IMG/VR virus record: IMGVR_UViG_3300005613_000070
Span: 1 to 60,570 of that record
Length of the DNA stretch: 60,570 nucleotides
Direction: 5' to 3' (one strand)
Source of the DNA: a virus
Taxonomy: Duplodnaviria > Caudoviricetes
In this document: positions 15,630 to 25,385 of the stretch, one piece after another
Layout: every line of letters begins with the position of its first letter
Position numbering within the stretch: position 1 is the stretch's first letter
Translations under genes and position numbers: made by a program
Notes under the pieces: model-generated
Told to the model about the DNA's origin: nothing
The model's database searches: none
Seen by the model: only the letters and a program-made list of their open reading frames with translations

Positions 15630-17923
15630 TGACATCAAATATACGTGTTCCACCAGTTGGTCCAACTGACGCAGAGATCATTTTAGTCGGAGAAGCACCA
15701 GCGAATGAAGAGATCAATTACAAGCCACCTACGCCCTTTGTCGGGAGTGCTGGAGAACACTTAAACCGCTTTCTCTTAATGGCAGGTCTTTTTAGAGGCG
15801 AGTTGTATATCACAAACATTCTGAAGCACCAAGCTCCTGGAAATAAGATTACTCGTGTTAGCCCAGAGATACTACATATGGGTCAGCTGGAACTAATAGC
15901 TGAAATCAATGCACTTCCGAATCCGAAGATCCTTGTCGCACTTGGTGATTATGCTCTCAAAACTCTTACTGATAAGAGTGGTATTACCAACTTTCGTGGG
16001 TCAGTTCTGCATCCAAAGGATAGTATTAAGCATGACTGCATCGTAATTCCAACCTTTCATCCATCGATCATGCACTACAATTACAATGTCTGGCCTCTCA
16101 TCGTCGCAGACCTAATGCGAGTAAAGAGTCTTAAAGATAAAGATTTCCAGTTTGAATTTCCTACATATAACTTCATCCTCCGACCTAATCTTGACCGAAT
16201 TATCAAAACCCTTGAAATGCTGCAAGAACTTAATCCTCCTATTGTAGTCATCGATGTTGAGACTCCACATGCTTTACTATCTTGTATCGGCCTAGCTTGG
16301 TCTCGGCAAGACTCAATCTCAATTCCATTCTACATGGGCAATGGATCTAATTACTGGACTCTTTCAGAGGAGATGATTATATGGGAGAAACTAGCAGAAG
16401 TCCTGCCAGAGTTGAATCTCGCAGGACAGAATGTTCTTTTTGATTGGGAAGTGATGCATGACCACAAGATCCATTTAAAGATGCCTAAGTGGGATTCAAT
16501 GTTAATGCATGCATGTCTTTACAGTGAACTTCCCCATAATCTTGAAACGATTGTAAGTATCTATACAGACATTGCATTCTATAAGAGAGATGAAGATGAA
16601 GATACTAAGAGATCTTCTATCCGTGCAGGGAAGGAGCGAGATCATTGGGAATATAACATGTTGGACTGTGTAAGCACACTTTGGGCTATAGAGGAACTTA
16701 TAGAAGAGCTAACAGAAGAGAACATGATGAATGTATATATCTCACTCTTTGCTGAGGTAATCGAACCCATCTTTCAGATGAATATGCGTGGCATTCGTAC
16801 AGACTCAGAAAGACTACCGGAACTGCGTAAAGATTTAGTGAAGGTTATTGAAGCTAAAGAGAAGATAATCCATGAAGAAGCAGGTTATGAACTTAATGTT
16901 AAGTCGCACAAACAAGTAAAGAAACTTCTTTATGAGGATTTTGGCTGGCAGCCATATATAGATCGCAAAACTAAGAAGAAAACAACTAATAAAAATGCTC
17001 TAGAAAATCTTGCCTATAAATATCAGTCTGAAATCCCAACTCTCATCTTGGAGGCCAGAGAGGATTATAGCTTCCTATCCATTTTTAGTGATGATAATAT
17101 TGAAGATGGAAGGTTTAGATGTGACTACAATCTAAGAACAACTAACTCTGGTAGATTCTCTTCCAAAAAGAAGGCAACTACTGGCAAAGGTAGAAATCTT
17201 CAAAATGTAAAGCGTGGGCCAACCAGAGCATTCTTCCTTCCAGAAATTGGTGATGTAATGGTAGGAGGTGATATGAAACAGGCGGATATGCGGATTGTGG
17301 CATATTTGTCCGACGATGAAAATTATATCAAAGCTGCAGAAAGTGGTAGGATTTATTTTGAAACAGGAAGAGAGGTCTTTGGTGAAGAAATCTCAAAAGA
17401 TGATAAAAGATATACGATCATCAAAGGTCTTATACATGGGACGGATTACGGAATGGGACCATTTGGGTTCGCACATGAAGCTAATATATCATTCGCTGAC
17501 GCAAAGATATATCAAGATAGGTTCCTTACAAAATTTCCTGGTATCAGAGGTAGATTCTATAAACATGTTGAGGACTGTATAAGAAAAGATAGAACTCTTT
17601 ACAATGTATTTGGACGTAGACAGATATTTTTTGGCAGGATAAATGAGTCCTTATTTAAGGCAGGATATTCTTTTATACCTCAAAGCTCAGTAGGTGATAT
17701 CAATAAGATTGCATTGAAGAGAATCTATAAACATTACATTGTGCTTCTTGAACAACATGATGGACTTATACTTTCAGTGCCAGAAGGTGAGGTTAAATAT
17801 GGTATTGAGGCGTTGCAGGAAGCTTATGATGTAACATTTAAGATTTGGGATATTAAGAGAAAGATTCCTATTAGTATCTCAGTAGGAGAAAATTGGAGTG
17901 ATATGGAGGAAGTAATTCTATGA
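15629..17923 (+). CDS. polA: family A DNA polymerase with N-terminal family-4 uracil-DNA-glycosylase-like domain
   Basis: VGEAP, PFVG.AG, TFHPS (UDG); DVE, FD, YNMLD (exo); SGRFSS, NLQN, DMKQADMR, K...HG..YG, QHDGL (pol). Confidence 0.9.
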   Translation: MTSNIRVPPVGPTDAEIILVGEAPANEEINYKPPTPFVGSAGEHLNRFLLMAGLFRGELYITNILKHQAPGNKITRVSPEILHMGQLELIAEINALPNPKILVALGDYALKTLTDKSGITNFRGSVLHPKDSIKHDCIVIPTFHPSIMHYNYNVWPLIVADLMRVKSLKDKDFQFEFPTYNFILRPNLDRIIKTLEMLQELNPPIVVIDVETPHALLSCIGLAWSRQDSISIPFYMGNGSNYWTLSEEMIIWEKLAEVLPELNLAGQNVLFDWEVMHDHKIHLKMPKWDSMLMHACLYSELPHNLETIVSIYTDIAFYKRDEDEDTKRSSIRAGKERDHWEYNMLDCVSTLWAIEELIEELTEENMMNVYISLFAEVIEPIFQMNMRGIRTDSERLPELRKDLVKVIEAKEKIIHEEAGYELNVKSHKQVKKLLYEDFGWQPYIDRKTKKKTTNKNALENLAYKYQSEIPTLILEAREDYSFLSIFSDDNIEDGRFRCDYNLRTTNSGRFSSKKKATTGKGRNLQNVKRGPTRAFFLPEIGDVMVGGDMKQADMRIVAYLSDDENYIKAAESGRIYFETGREVFGEEISKDDKRYTIIKGLIHGTDYGMGPFGFAHEANISFADAKIYQDRFLTKFPGIRGRFYKHVEDCIRKDRTLYNVFGRRQIFFGRINESLFKAGYSFIPQSSVGDINKIALKRIYKHYIVLLEQHDGLILSVPEGEVKYGIEALQEAYDVTFKIWDIKRKIPISISVGENWSDMEEVIL

Positions 17924-17959
17924 AAGAACTATAAAAATCAAATAGAAGGAGATAGAAAT

Positions 17960-18223
17960 ATGATTATCGTCGACTACTTAGGTCATCTCGTTAGCACCGA
18001 ATCCGAAGAGGAGCTTCACAAATTTGCCCAAGAACAGATGAATATGAAACGTAGATGGTATCAGGACAAAGGCTATGCAGGATTCAAGCATCCACATTAT
18101 GATCTTCTTGGTCAAAGATTATTACAGAAGGCAGTTAAGCTTGGTGCTGAACAAGTGTCACCGAAAGAACTCATAACACGAGCTTGGTGGAAGAAAAAGG
18201 AGAAAGAGAATGGAAAAAGATAA
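17960..18223 (+). CDS. DUF4031-like protein
   Basis: HLVS..EELHKFA...WYQ...HPHYDL...GA motif. Confidence 0.75.
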   Translation: MIIVDYLGHLVSTESEEELHKFAQEQMNMKRRWYQDKGYAGFKHPHYDLLGQRLLQKAVKLGAEQVSPKELITRAWWKKKEKENGKR

Positions 18224-18404
18224 AAATTGGAAGGAATCTTTAGGAGATAGTATACAGCATATGAAGGACAACCTAGAGGTCATGGTCTCTTCACAAGCAG
18301 CTTTAGCCATTCTGTATAAAGCTAAATATGATGCTTTAATAAAGATAGGCTTCACAGAGCAACAAGCAATCGAAATAGTCAAATCAAGGGGCATAGCTCC
18401 CTAA
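18210..18404 (+). CDS. hypothetical protein
   Basis: YDALIKIGFTEQQAIEIV motif common in phages. Confidence 0.65.
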   Translation: MEKDKNWKESLGDSIQHMKDNLEVMVSSQAALAILYKAKYDALIKIGFTEQQAIEIVKSRGIAP

Positions 18405-18416
18405 AAGGAAATTCCA

Positions 18417-18683
18417 ATGAATAAAAGGGAAGTTGATTTACTCAACCTTGTTGAGCACGACTCCGAGTTTCGCCAAAAGCTTTTAAGCATTCTTAAAGAT
18501 ACCAATTTGCAGGAAAAAGTTCAGGCACATCCTCCAGTAACTAGAGTAAAAACTCCTTGTAATCCTTCGCCTCTACCTGACAACTTTCGTGAACTTAATC
18601 CTGGAACTTATATGTGGATGCAATATTGGATGAAACATCCAGAAGAGCAGGAATCTATGCTTACTCAAAAAAAAAGGAGATGA
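18417..18683 (+). CDS. hypothetical protein
   Basis: ORF in operon. Confidence 0.55.
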   Translation: MNKREVDLLNLVEHDSEFRQKLLSILKDTNLQEKVQAHPPVTRVKTPCNPSPLPDNFRELNPGTYMWMQYWMKHPEEQESMLTQKKRR

Positions 18684-18686
18684 ACT

Positions 18687-18956
18687 ATGATAGAAGTTGA
18701 AATTTGGAAGCCTATAGAAGGCTTCCCTCATCATGAGGTATCTAATTATGAGAACTTTGCACATGCCCTTAAATTAGGTCTATATTTTCAGGCCGAAGAA
18801 AGAAATAATCAAGCAAAGCTAAAAAAGAAAGATGTTATAGAAATTAGAGAATTAGGTAAACAAAGTATCTATCATAGAATAATAGCTGAAAGGTTTGGTG
18901 TAAGTCGTGGTAATATAAGCAACATAATAAAAGGCAGCCAGTGGAGTCATATATAA
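18687..18956 (+). CDS. NUMOD4-HTH protein; HNH endonuclease remnant lacking the HNH core
   Basis: EIWKPIEGF..EVSN joined directly to ENFAHA, then IAERFGVS HTH. Confidence 0.65.
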   Translation: MIEVEIWKPIEGFPHHEVSNYENFAHALKLGLYFQAEERNNQAKLKKKDVIEIRELGKQSIYHRIIAERFGVSRGNISNIIKGSQWSHI

Positions 18957-18986
18957 GGGTCTGCAACAAAACTAGAGGTGTAATGT

Positions 18987-20171
18987 ATGGCTCGAAAGTT
19001 TCCTGGTGGCTGGTTACAGGCGTATAGGGATTATATTCATAAGCAAGAATCACCCGACATATTTCACTTCTGGATCGGACTAACTATGATCTCTGCTTCT
19101 CTAAGGAGAAGTATTTGGATTGATCGAGGTGCATATACAGTCTATCCAAACCAATATGTAATACTTATCGCTGAATCTGCCTCATGCCGAAAGAGCGTAG
19201 CAATGGAAATAGGTCTTGATCTCTTACTCGCTAATAAAGATATCCGTGCTGTGCATGAAAAGGCCACTGTCGAAGGATTGATAGACCTAATGAAAAAGGC
19301 TTCCATCTCACCTACTGGCAGAATAAAACCTGATGGAAGTGTATTACTTCACGCAGATGAGTTATCTAACATGTTTAGTAAAGCAACATATGCTGCTGAT
19401 CTTATTAAATTCCTGACAGCAACTTATACAGCCAAAGCACGTGTCGACTTTCTGACTCGTACTAAAGGGCATGCACAAGTACGTAATCCATGTCCTGTTG
19501 TGCTTGCAGGAACTACACCCTCGGATTTAGGCGAGATCTTTCCTATTGCGCTTCTATCAAGTGGATTTATGGGTCGAGTCTTGATGGTCTCAGGAAAGAA
19601 GGGACATAGAATTGCGAAGCCACATTTACGCAGAGAAATGCGTGAGTCTTTAATTGAGGATTTGCATGACATGAGCTTTCTCGAAGGTGAAATTAAACTT
19701 ACACCAGAGTGTGATGAATTCTATACTAAATGGTATGAAGAAGGTAAAATGGGTGAACCCTCAACTGCCGATCTTATAACCTTCTATGAAAGAAAACATG
19801 ATCATGTATTAAAAACTGCAATGCTTCTGTCGGTGTCGGAATCAAATAGTATGATAATTACAATAGATCATTTTAAGAATGCAGTTAAAGCTATTGAATA
19901 TCTTGAGTTAGGAATGGCAAAGGCGATGGAGTATGTCGGAGCTACTGAGAAAAGCAGTGTAAGCGAATTAATTATTAAAATATTAGAAAAGAATATGCCA
20001 GAAGCGATGTCGCATTCAGTATTAATGAGAAGAGTTTACAAAAGAATCCGAGATGCAGATGAGTTTCAATCTTTGATTGATACCTTAGCACAGTCAGAAA
20101 GAATAGAAATAACTGCATCAAGGCGAGGTATTTTTTATAAAGTTAAAGAAGTAAAGGAGAAAAAGAAATGA
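18987..20171 (+). CDS. DUF3987/YfjI-like P-loop protein (putative replicative helicase)
   Basis: YPNQYVILIAESASCRKS, LHADE, LAGTTP, GFMGR motifs; C-terminal winged helix. Confidence 0.75.
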   Translation: MARKFPGGWLQAYRDYIHKQESPDIFHFWIGLTMISASLRRSIWIDRGAYTVYPNQYVILIAESASCRKSVAMEIGLDLLLANKDIRAVHEKATVEGLIDLMKKASISPTGRIKPDGSVLLHADELSNMFSKATYAADLIKFLTATYTAKARVDFLTRTKGHAQVRNPCPVVLAGTTPSDLGEIFPIALLSSGFMGRVLMVSGKKGHRIAKPHLRREMRESLIEDLHDMSFLEGEIKLTPECDEFYTKWYEEGKMGEPSTADLITFYERKHDHVLKTAMLLSVSESNSMIITIDHFKNAVKAIEYLELGMAKAMEYVGATEKSSVSELIIKILEKNMPEAMSHSVLMRRVYKRIRDADEFQSLIDTLAQSERIEITASRRGIFYKVKEVKEKKK

Positions 20172-20509
20172 AATTTGGGTTGCCTATTCTTGAAATCCTT
20201 GATCAGATAGATGATGAATCTTATGGCACACTTTTTAATAAAGTAGTCTGGCATTTATACGTTAGAGAAGGTAACTCTCCTAAAACGATTGCAGCTTTAT
20301 TAGGTGTTAGCGAGGCAACTATACACCTTAGAATTCCTAGAGATACGAAGAGAAGATATACAGAAGCAAAGAAACTTGCCAAGAAGGTCCCAGAAGTTAT
20401 GAAGATGCATAGTGAAGGTAAATGCGCAAAAGAGATAGCTTATGATTTGAAGATTCCATTGCATCAGGTTTATAAGATACTAAAAAAAAGATTAAAAATC
20501 TCCTCTTAA
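20168..20509 (+). CDS. double-HTH DNA-binding protein
   Basis: TIAALLGVSEATI and EIAYDLKIPLHQVYK. Confidence 0.7.
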   Translation: MKFGLPILEILDQIDDESYGTLFNKVVWHLYVREGNSPKTIAALLGVSEATIHLRIPRDTKRRYTEAKKLAKKVPEVMKMHSEGKCAKEIAYDLKIPLHQVYKILKKRLKISS

Positions 20510-20575
20510 GGAAAGGGATGGAAGCCAAAGGAAGAGGCTTTGGGGAGGGGGAGAGGGGAAGAGAGAGGAGGATGG

Positions 20576-20956
20576 ATGCCTATAATAATTGAATGGGATA
20601 TGATAGTAGATGGCTTTAATGATAGATATAATACTCATCACACACTGAAATCTATGATGGAATCTCTCTATGAGTCTATGGGTTCTGTACATCGCATGTC
20701 AGATGTTCTAGGAATTTGCTCAGCAACAATTTTAGAGAAGTTGCACAAACTTAACATAGAAGTAAGTCCTAGAGGAGGTTGGTCAAGACCATCTATTAAA
20801 GATAGATATCTTCAAATACCTCAAAGCAGACGTGAAAAAATGAATGCTAAGCAATTAGCGTCTGAACTAAATTGTACCTATTGTTATGCGTGCATCTTGA
20901 AGCGAAACCTGGCATTTTCAACAGGTGAAAATACTAACTTTAAGGAGGCTATATGA
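20576..20956 (+). CDS. HTH-containing protein
   Basis: MSDVLGICSATI and QLASELNCT helices; start moved to ATG 20576 behind GAGGAGG. Confidence 0.6.
   Translation: MPIIIEWDMIVDGFNDRYNTHHTLKSMMESLYESMGSVHRMSDVLGICSATILEKLHKLNIEVSPRGGWSRPSIKDRYLQIPQSRREKMNAKQLASELNCTYCYACILKRNLAFSTGENTNFKEAI
20912..20934. promoter_or_regulatory. 23-bp palindromic site, copy 3
   Basis: GCATTTTCA-ACAGG-TGAAAATAC. Confidence 0.7.
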
Positions 20957-21080
20957 TACAAGCTAAGAGTGTGCCTCTTCCTCCCTCTCCCTTTCTCCTG
21001 ACCCTCCTGGTTTTCCTTAATCCTCCCTCTCTAAGAGGGTTTTTTATAAGTAAGGATGTTAATTTTAGAAGGAGCATAAA

Positions 21081-21515
21081 ATGAAAAAATGGATATGGTT
21101 AATATTATTACTTACTATCAGTTGTGCATATAAAACACATATAGAAACTCCACATAATAAAGTGTCCAGCCATACAGTGCAGACAGAGGCTATGTCATGG
21201 TGGAATTCTTTAAAGAGCGAGGATCTTAATTACTTTAAACGAATTAGTCTTGGAGAGGTAGTAGTTTATTTATGTGGTAGTAGGGTAAAGATGAAAATAG
21301 AATTTGAGAAAAAGTGGCCTGATCTTTTTCCTTATAATATGACAGAAATTTTTGCCATTACTGTACCTAATCACATTGGCCAGATTGAGGTTTGGATGCC
21401 TGTAAAAATAATAAAGGGTAAAGTTATTATCCATAAATGGGCAGCAGGCCATGAACTTGCACGTGTTCTATGGGTTTATAACGATTCAGTTATTGAAAGA
21501 GCAGAAAAGTATTAA
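21081..21515 (+). CDS. putative lipoprotein
   Basis: MKK + hydrophobic stretch + TISC lipobox-like motif. Confidence 0.6.
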   Translation: MKKWIWLILLLTISCAYKTHIETPHNKVSSHTVQTEAMSWWNSLKSEDLNYFKRISLGEVVVYLCGSRVKMKIEFEKKWPDLFPYNMTEIFAITVPNHIGQIEVWMPVKIIKGKVIIHKWAAGHELARVLWVYNDSVIERAEKY

Positions 21516-21522
21516 ATGGTTG

Positions 21523-21545
21523 GTATTTTCAACAGTTGAAATAGC
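21523..21545. promoter_or_regulatory. 23-bp palindromic site, copy 4 (convergence of the two arms)
   Basis: GTATTTTCA-ACAGT-TGAAATAGC. Confidence 0.7.
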
Positions 21546-21549
21546 AAAG

Positions 21550-21978
21550 TTATACTTTATCCATCATCTTAATAATGCCTAAAACAATTTTTGAGAGGAG
21601 CTTTAAATAGGCTTTGGCCGAGGCCAGATTTGTGACGTAGCTATCTATATAATTTTCAACATCTTCATAGGATTTATCAGCGAGAAAGCTTCTTACTTTG
21701 ATGGCTTTTCTATAATCCTCTCCTGATATCGGATCAATGATTTCTCCAGGATCAGCCTCTGCCATCTCTGAAACCTTTTTATCCCACTCAATTATATTTC
21801 CTTTAGCATCATATGTCGGGGTTGCAGTATCTAAAGTCCATTTAACTGCAAACAGATGAGTCTTAACTCCGAAAAGCTGAGCATTTGTACCTAAATAATT
21901 ATTACCTTCTTTGATGCAATTTTGAAGAAACATTGTGATGTTATCTGAGCCATGTTCGTATGTGATGAGATTTGTCAT
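21550..21978 (-). CDS. hypothetical protein, possible tail fibre chaperone
   Basis: Last gene of the tail operon; TAATG overlap. Confidence 0.6.
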   Translation of the reverse strand: MTNLITYEHGSDNITMFLQNCIKEGNNYLGTNAQLFGVKTHLFAVKWTLDTATPTYDAKGNIIEWDKKVSEMAEADPGEIIDPISGEDYRKAIKVRSFLADKSYEDVENYIDSYVTNLASAKAYLKLLSKIVLGIIKMMDKV

Positions 21979-24900
21979 TATACATCCTTTGCTGTTACAG
22001 TATTTCCTGCTCCAAGATCTTGAATAGAAGTTCCTACTTGGTATGTAATATTATTACTTCCTTGATTATTTTGTGAAGCGGCATCCATACTAATTCCAAT
22101 ATCTTTAGCATTATTATTTACTAAGTCTAAAATATTAGAGTTAAGGGTATTTCTGTCTGATCCTTTAAGACAAAGTCCATAATGATTGTTTGTTACATCA
22201 CTATCACAAACTTTTACTTTGTTTGAGGAACAAGTTAGATCAAATATCGAGTTCAATAACATACCATATTGAATATCTGTTGCTACTATATTATATATAT
22301 AAATTTCATTTCCTACAATATTACCTCCATAAATGCTTACAGATGTGATTCCATTCATGCAACTTAGACCTGTACGGGAACTGATAATAGTTACATGGTT
22401 TCCATTTACAATAATTTCATGTGTATCTAAAAGTATTCCATATAAATCGGTAGCTGCTAAAGAATCATCTTTTCCTATTACTGTATTTTCAGTTATGGTG
22501 CCATGACCACTCACGGATGTAGCAGAAAGAACCATAATTCCAGTACTCAGAAAATCCAGAACTCTATTAGTATTAATCTTAATACTCGGACAGTCATTAG
22601 CCAGAAATCCAGTATTGAGTGCTTCTTTGGAAATATTATCTTTACTAATTTCAGTATTATAATAATTATCAAAATGTATTGAATGTAATCCATTTTGAAA
22701 ACTACATGTATATACCTTTAATGATCCATCTGATGTTCCATCTTTACCATAAATGCCTCGATCGCCAGCAGCAGCTCCTATAATATTATTGTCTACTAAA
22801 TTAAAATCTATTTCTTCAATTATAGCATTGACAGCATTTGTTCCACCATAAAGATAAAACATGCTTGAGTATGCAGCTACATTCTGACTTTCAATAGAAA
22901 AAGATGAAAATCTTAATCTCTTAGTAAGATTGTTCAAAACAAAAAGGTTATCACCTGGATTATTTTTAAGTATAACTCCATCTAAGGATTCTCCAGTTAC
23001 AGTAAGATTCTTGTCTGGTATAACTAATTCATCAGTCTGTTGATAGATTCCATTTTTCAAAAATAATTGTCCACCATCTGCCGGTAATGCATCTATAGCG
23101 TCAGCTATTAAAACAAAATCCGCAAGTCCTGGAGTAGGACAGACAGTAATATAGGATTGTTCTATATATTCTATTCCTGATTCATCCGTTGGATCATCCA
23201 TAGGGATATCATCATAGATTCTTGCATCATACGTACCACAAATAAGTTCTCTTGAAATAGCATCTCTGGATATGCTTTCAATCTTATATTGCAGAGAATT
23301 TATGTTATGATCTGGAGCATCTAAAGTAATAATATCACCTCTGGATAAATCTCTGCCCTCCAATCCCACTGGAGATAATACAACTTTTCTCCCTCCATAA
23401 ACAGCACGATTTACCTGATATGATAAAACTTTTTTTGCTGTTGCATGTTCACATACAAAAGGAAGCTCAAGGGTGAGATCAGTACCAAAGCTGAATGCCT
23501 TAGCATGCAACTCATAAAAGCCCTTTTCATTATTTGCTGCATTTAATGCATAATGAACATAGCATGTCCCCAATGTTTCTGAAACTGATGGAACATGCCG
23601 ATCAACTACTGTAACATTGTTGTAGTATCCATCATTTTCTCCAAGATTAAGAACACTAGCTGCTCCAACAACATCGATATTTATAATCCATTCTTCATCT
23701 GCATTACGCTCAATAACAGCCCGAGCTGAAAGAAGCAAATCATTAATGATGTCTCTAGCCTTGCGTTGCTCAGTAAGTGGCCCATCACAATAAAGACTCC
23801 CGATAGTATTAAGATGATGAGCTGCTGCATTGAAGCTGTTGTTCTCAAAACCATCTCCAACTTTAAACCAATCAACATATAATATTTGGTTGTCAGTGGT
23901 GTAGCCGAATTGCGTAAAATAACATTCACCATCTGCATAAATACCCACAGTACTACAATCAATTCCGGTTGCCTTCAAGGTCCCATCCAAATAGACATCG
24001 CAGGTTGCATTGGCAGCCCCTGTAGAGATATCTATATCAAAAGTCCACACCTGCCAGACATCCTGATCGACGATATCCGTCCCTACTTCATGCCATGCGG
24101 CTCCATCATGAATATAAAGACCATCCGAGGCAAAAGCAACAGCAAAATTCATATCACTTCTTCGGCATTGAAGGACGAACATATCCTGATTAGCTAAAGT
24201 TCCTACAGTTTTACAATAAGTTTTAATTGACACCACAATCCTATTCCCTAAAGCATCAATCGAACCTACATTTTTTACTCTTTGAGCAAAATCATTAGGA
24301 ATAGAACTAGCATTCGTGTTAAACTCAAATGTATAGTCAACAGGATCGGCAATAGGAGCATTATTAACCTGAGAAGATACTGCAACTCCTGCATCCTGAT
24401 CAGCCCAATCACTAATATCCTCACAATCCTCATCCTCTAACAAATCACTAGAAAGTACTTTATCACCGAGACCCCACGTAGCATTGCTGAGGAATTGTTC
24501 CACCACTCTTGCAAAGTTACGTTGAGCAGCTGCTTCACCCATTTCCAATCCTCTTACATCGGCAGTAAGATTGTGAAAGCCACCAGAAAAATCCATCTGC
24601 TCAACAGTAAATCGGAGAAAAGCATAACCAGGATATGGATTTACTTGAGATCCATCATAAAACGTATATTCAGTCGTAGAAACAAGGATTCCCTCTCTCT
24701 TGACTCCTTTACCATTAGCATGATCAACATCCAAACTTTCAATAGTACCGTATCCAATTAAATAATCATATTCATTACTATCAGTATTATTTTGAATATT
24801 GTGGAGAGGGACATTCCTACAATGTCCAAGACATATATTAATGGCCTTACCTAAATCTAAAGCTGTGGAGGTAAATTCATCTGTAGTAACAACTTTCTTT

Positions 24901-25385
24901 GGAAGTAATGTTTCTAAAATAGCATCATCTCTTCCTTCCGCTTCAATTTCAACTTCCGCACCGAGAAGATACCTTATTATTTTACCTCGCATCACGAAGG
25001 TAGTGCCATCAGTAGGATCATACTTTTGAAGCTTGATCCATCTACCTCTAAGATCCTCAGCATCGGTCATTACTTCCCAAGAATCATCTATATCATCTCT
25101 GGGATTTGCAAATCGAAGAAGAACACTCATAGACTGTTCTACACCAAAATAAGAATCTGTTAATTCTTGTATTACATAAGGAAAGTTTATCAATGTACCT
25201 TTCCAGTAATTTCCATCTGCATCATAAAAATCTTTGGTAGCATATCTCTCCTGAAAAGAAGACATGTCCCATTCTACATCATCAGTATCAGAGAATTCTA
25301 CATCATCAGTATCCTCGAATATTACTCCACCAAAGTAGATTTGTACTAAAAAGGTAGGAGAGTATTTAGATAAGACAGATGCCAT
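21978..25385 (-). CDS. tail tip/receptor-binding protein with C-terminal parallel beta-helix (pectate-lyase-like)
   Basis: IADAIDALPADGGQLFLKNGIY beta-helix cap; Asn-ladder repeats; downstream of tape measure. Confidence 0.8.
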   Translation of the reverse strand: MASVLSKYSPTFLVQIYFGGVIFEDTDDVEFSDTDDVEWDMSSFQERYATKDFYDADGNYWKGTLINFPYVIQELTDSYFGVEQSMSVLLRFANPRDDIDDSWEVMTDAEDLRGRWIKLQKYDPTDGTTFVMRGKIIRYLLGAEVEIEAEGRDDAILETLLPKKVVTTDEFTSTALDLGKAINICLGHCRNVPLHNIQNNTDSNEYDYLIGYGTIESLDVDHANGKGVKREGILVSTTEYTFYDGSQVNPYPGYAFLRFTVEQMDFSGGFHNLTADVRGLEMGEAAAQRNFARVVEQFLSNATWGLGDKVLSSDLLEDEDCEDISDWADQDAGVAVSSQVNNAPIADPVDYTFEFNTNASSIPNDFAQRVKNVGSIDALGNRIVVSIKTYCKTVGTLANQDMFVLQCRRSDMNFAVAFASDGLYIHDGAAWHEVGTDIVDQDVWQVWTFDIDISTGAANATCDVYLDGTLKATGIDCSTVGIYADGECYFTQFGYTTDNQILYVDWFKVGDGFENNSFNAAAHHLNTIGSLYCDGPLTEQRKARDIINDLLLSARAVIERNADEEWIINIDVVGAASVLNLGENDGYYNNVTVVDRHVPSVSETLGTCYVHYALNAANNEKGFYELHAKAFSFGTDLTLELPFVCEHATAKKVLSYQVNRAVYGGRKVVLSPVGLEGRDLSRGDIITLDAPDHNINSLQYKIESISRDAISRELICGTYDARIYDDIPMDDPTDESGIEYIEQSYITVCPTPGLADFVLIADAIDALPADGGQLFLKNGIYQQTDELVIPDKNLTVTGESLDGVILKNNPGDNLFVLNNLTKRLRFSSFSIESQNVAAYSSMFYLYGGTNAVNAIIEEIDFNLVDNNIIGAAAGDRGIYGKDGTSDGSLKVYTCSFQNGLHSIHFDNYYNTEISKDNISKEALNTGFLANDCPSIKINTNRVLDFLSTGIMVLSATSVSGHGTITENTVIGKDDSLAATDLYGILLDTHEIIVNGNHVTIISSRTGLSCMNGITSVSIYGGNIVGNEIYIYNIVATDIQYGMLLNSIFDLTCSSNKVKVCDSDVTNNHYGLCLKGSDRNTLNSNILDLVNNNAKDIGISMDAASQNNQGSNNITYQVGTSIQDLGAGNTVTAKDV

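Noticed and set aside
25271-25313. Direct repeat ATTCTACATCATCAGTATC x2 as a regulatory element
   Set aside because: It is an in-frame 8-aa duplication (DTDDVE) within the tail protein N-terminus.
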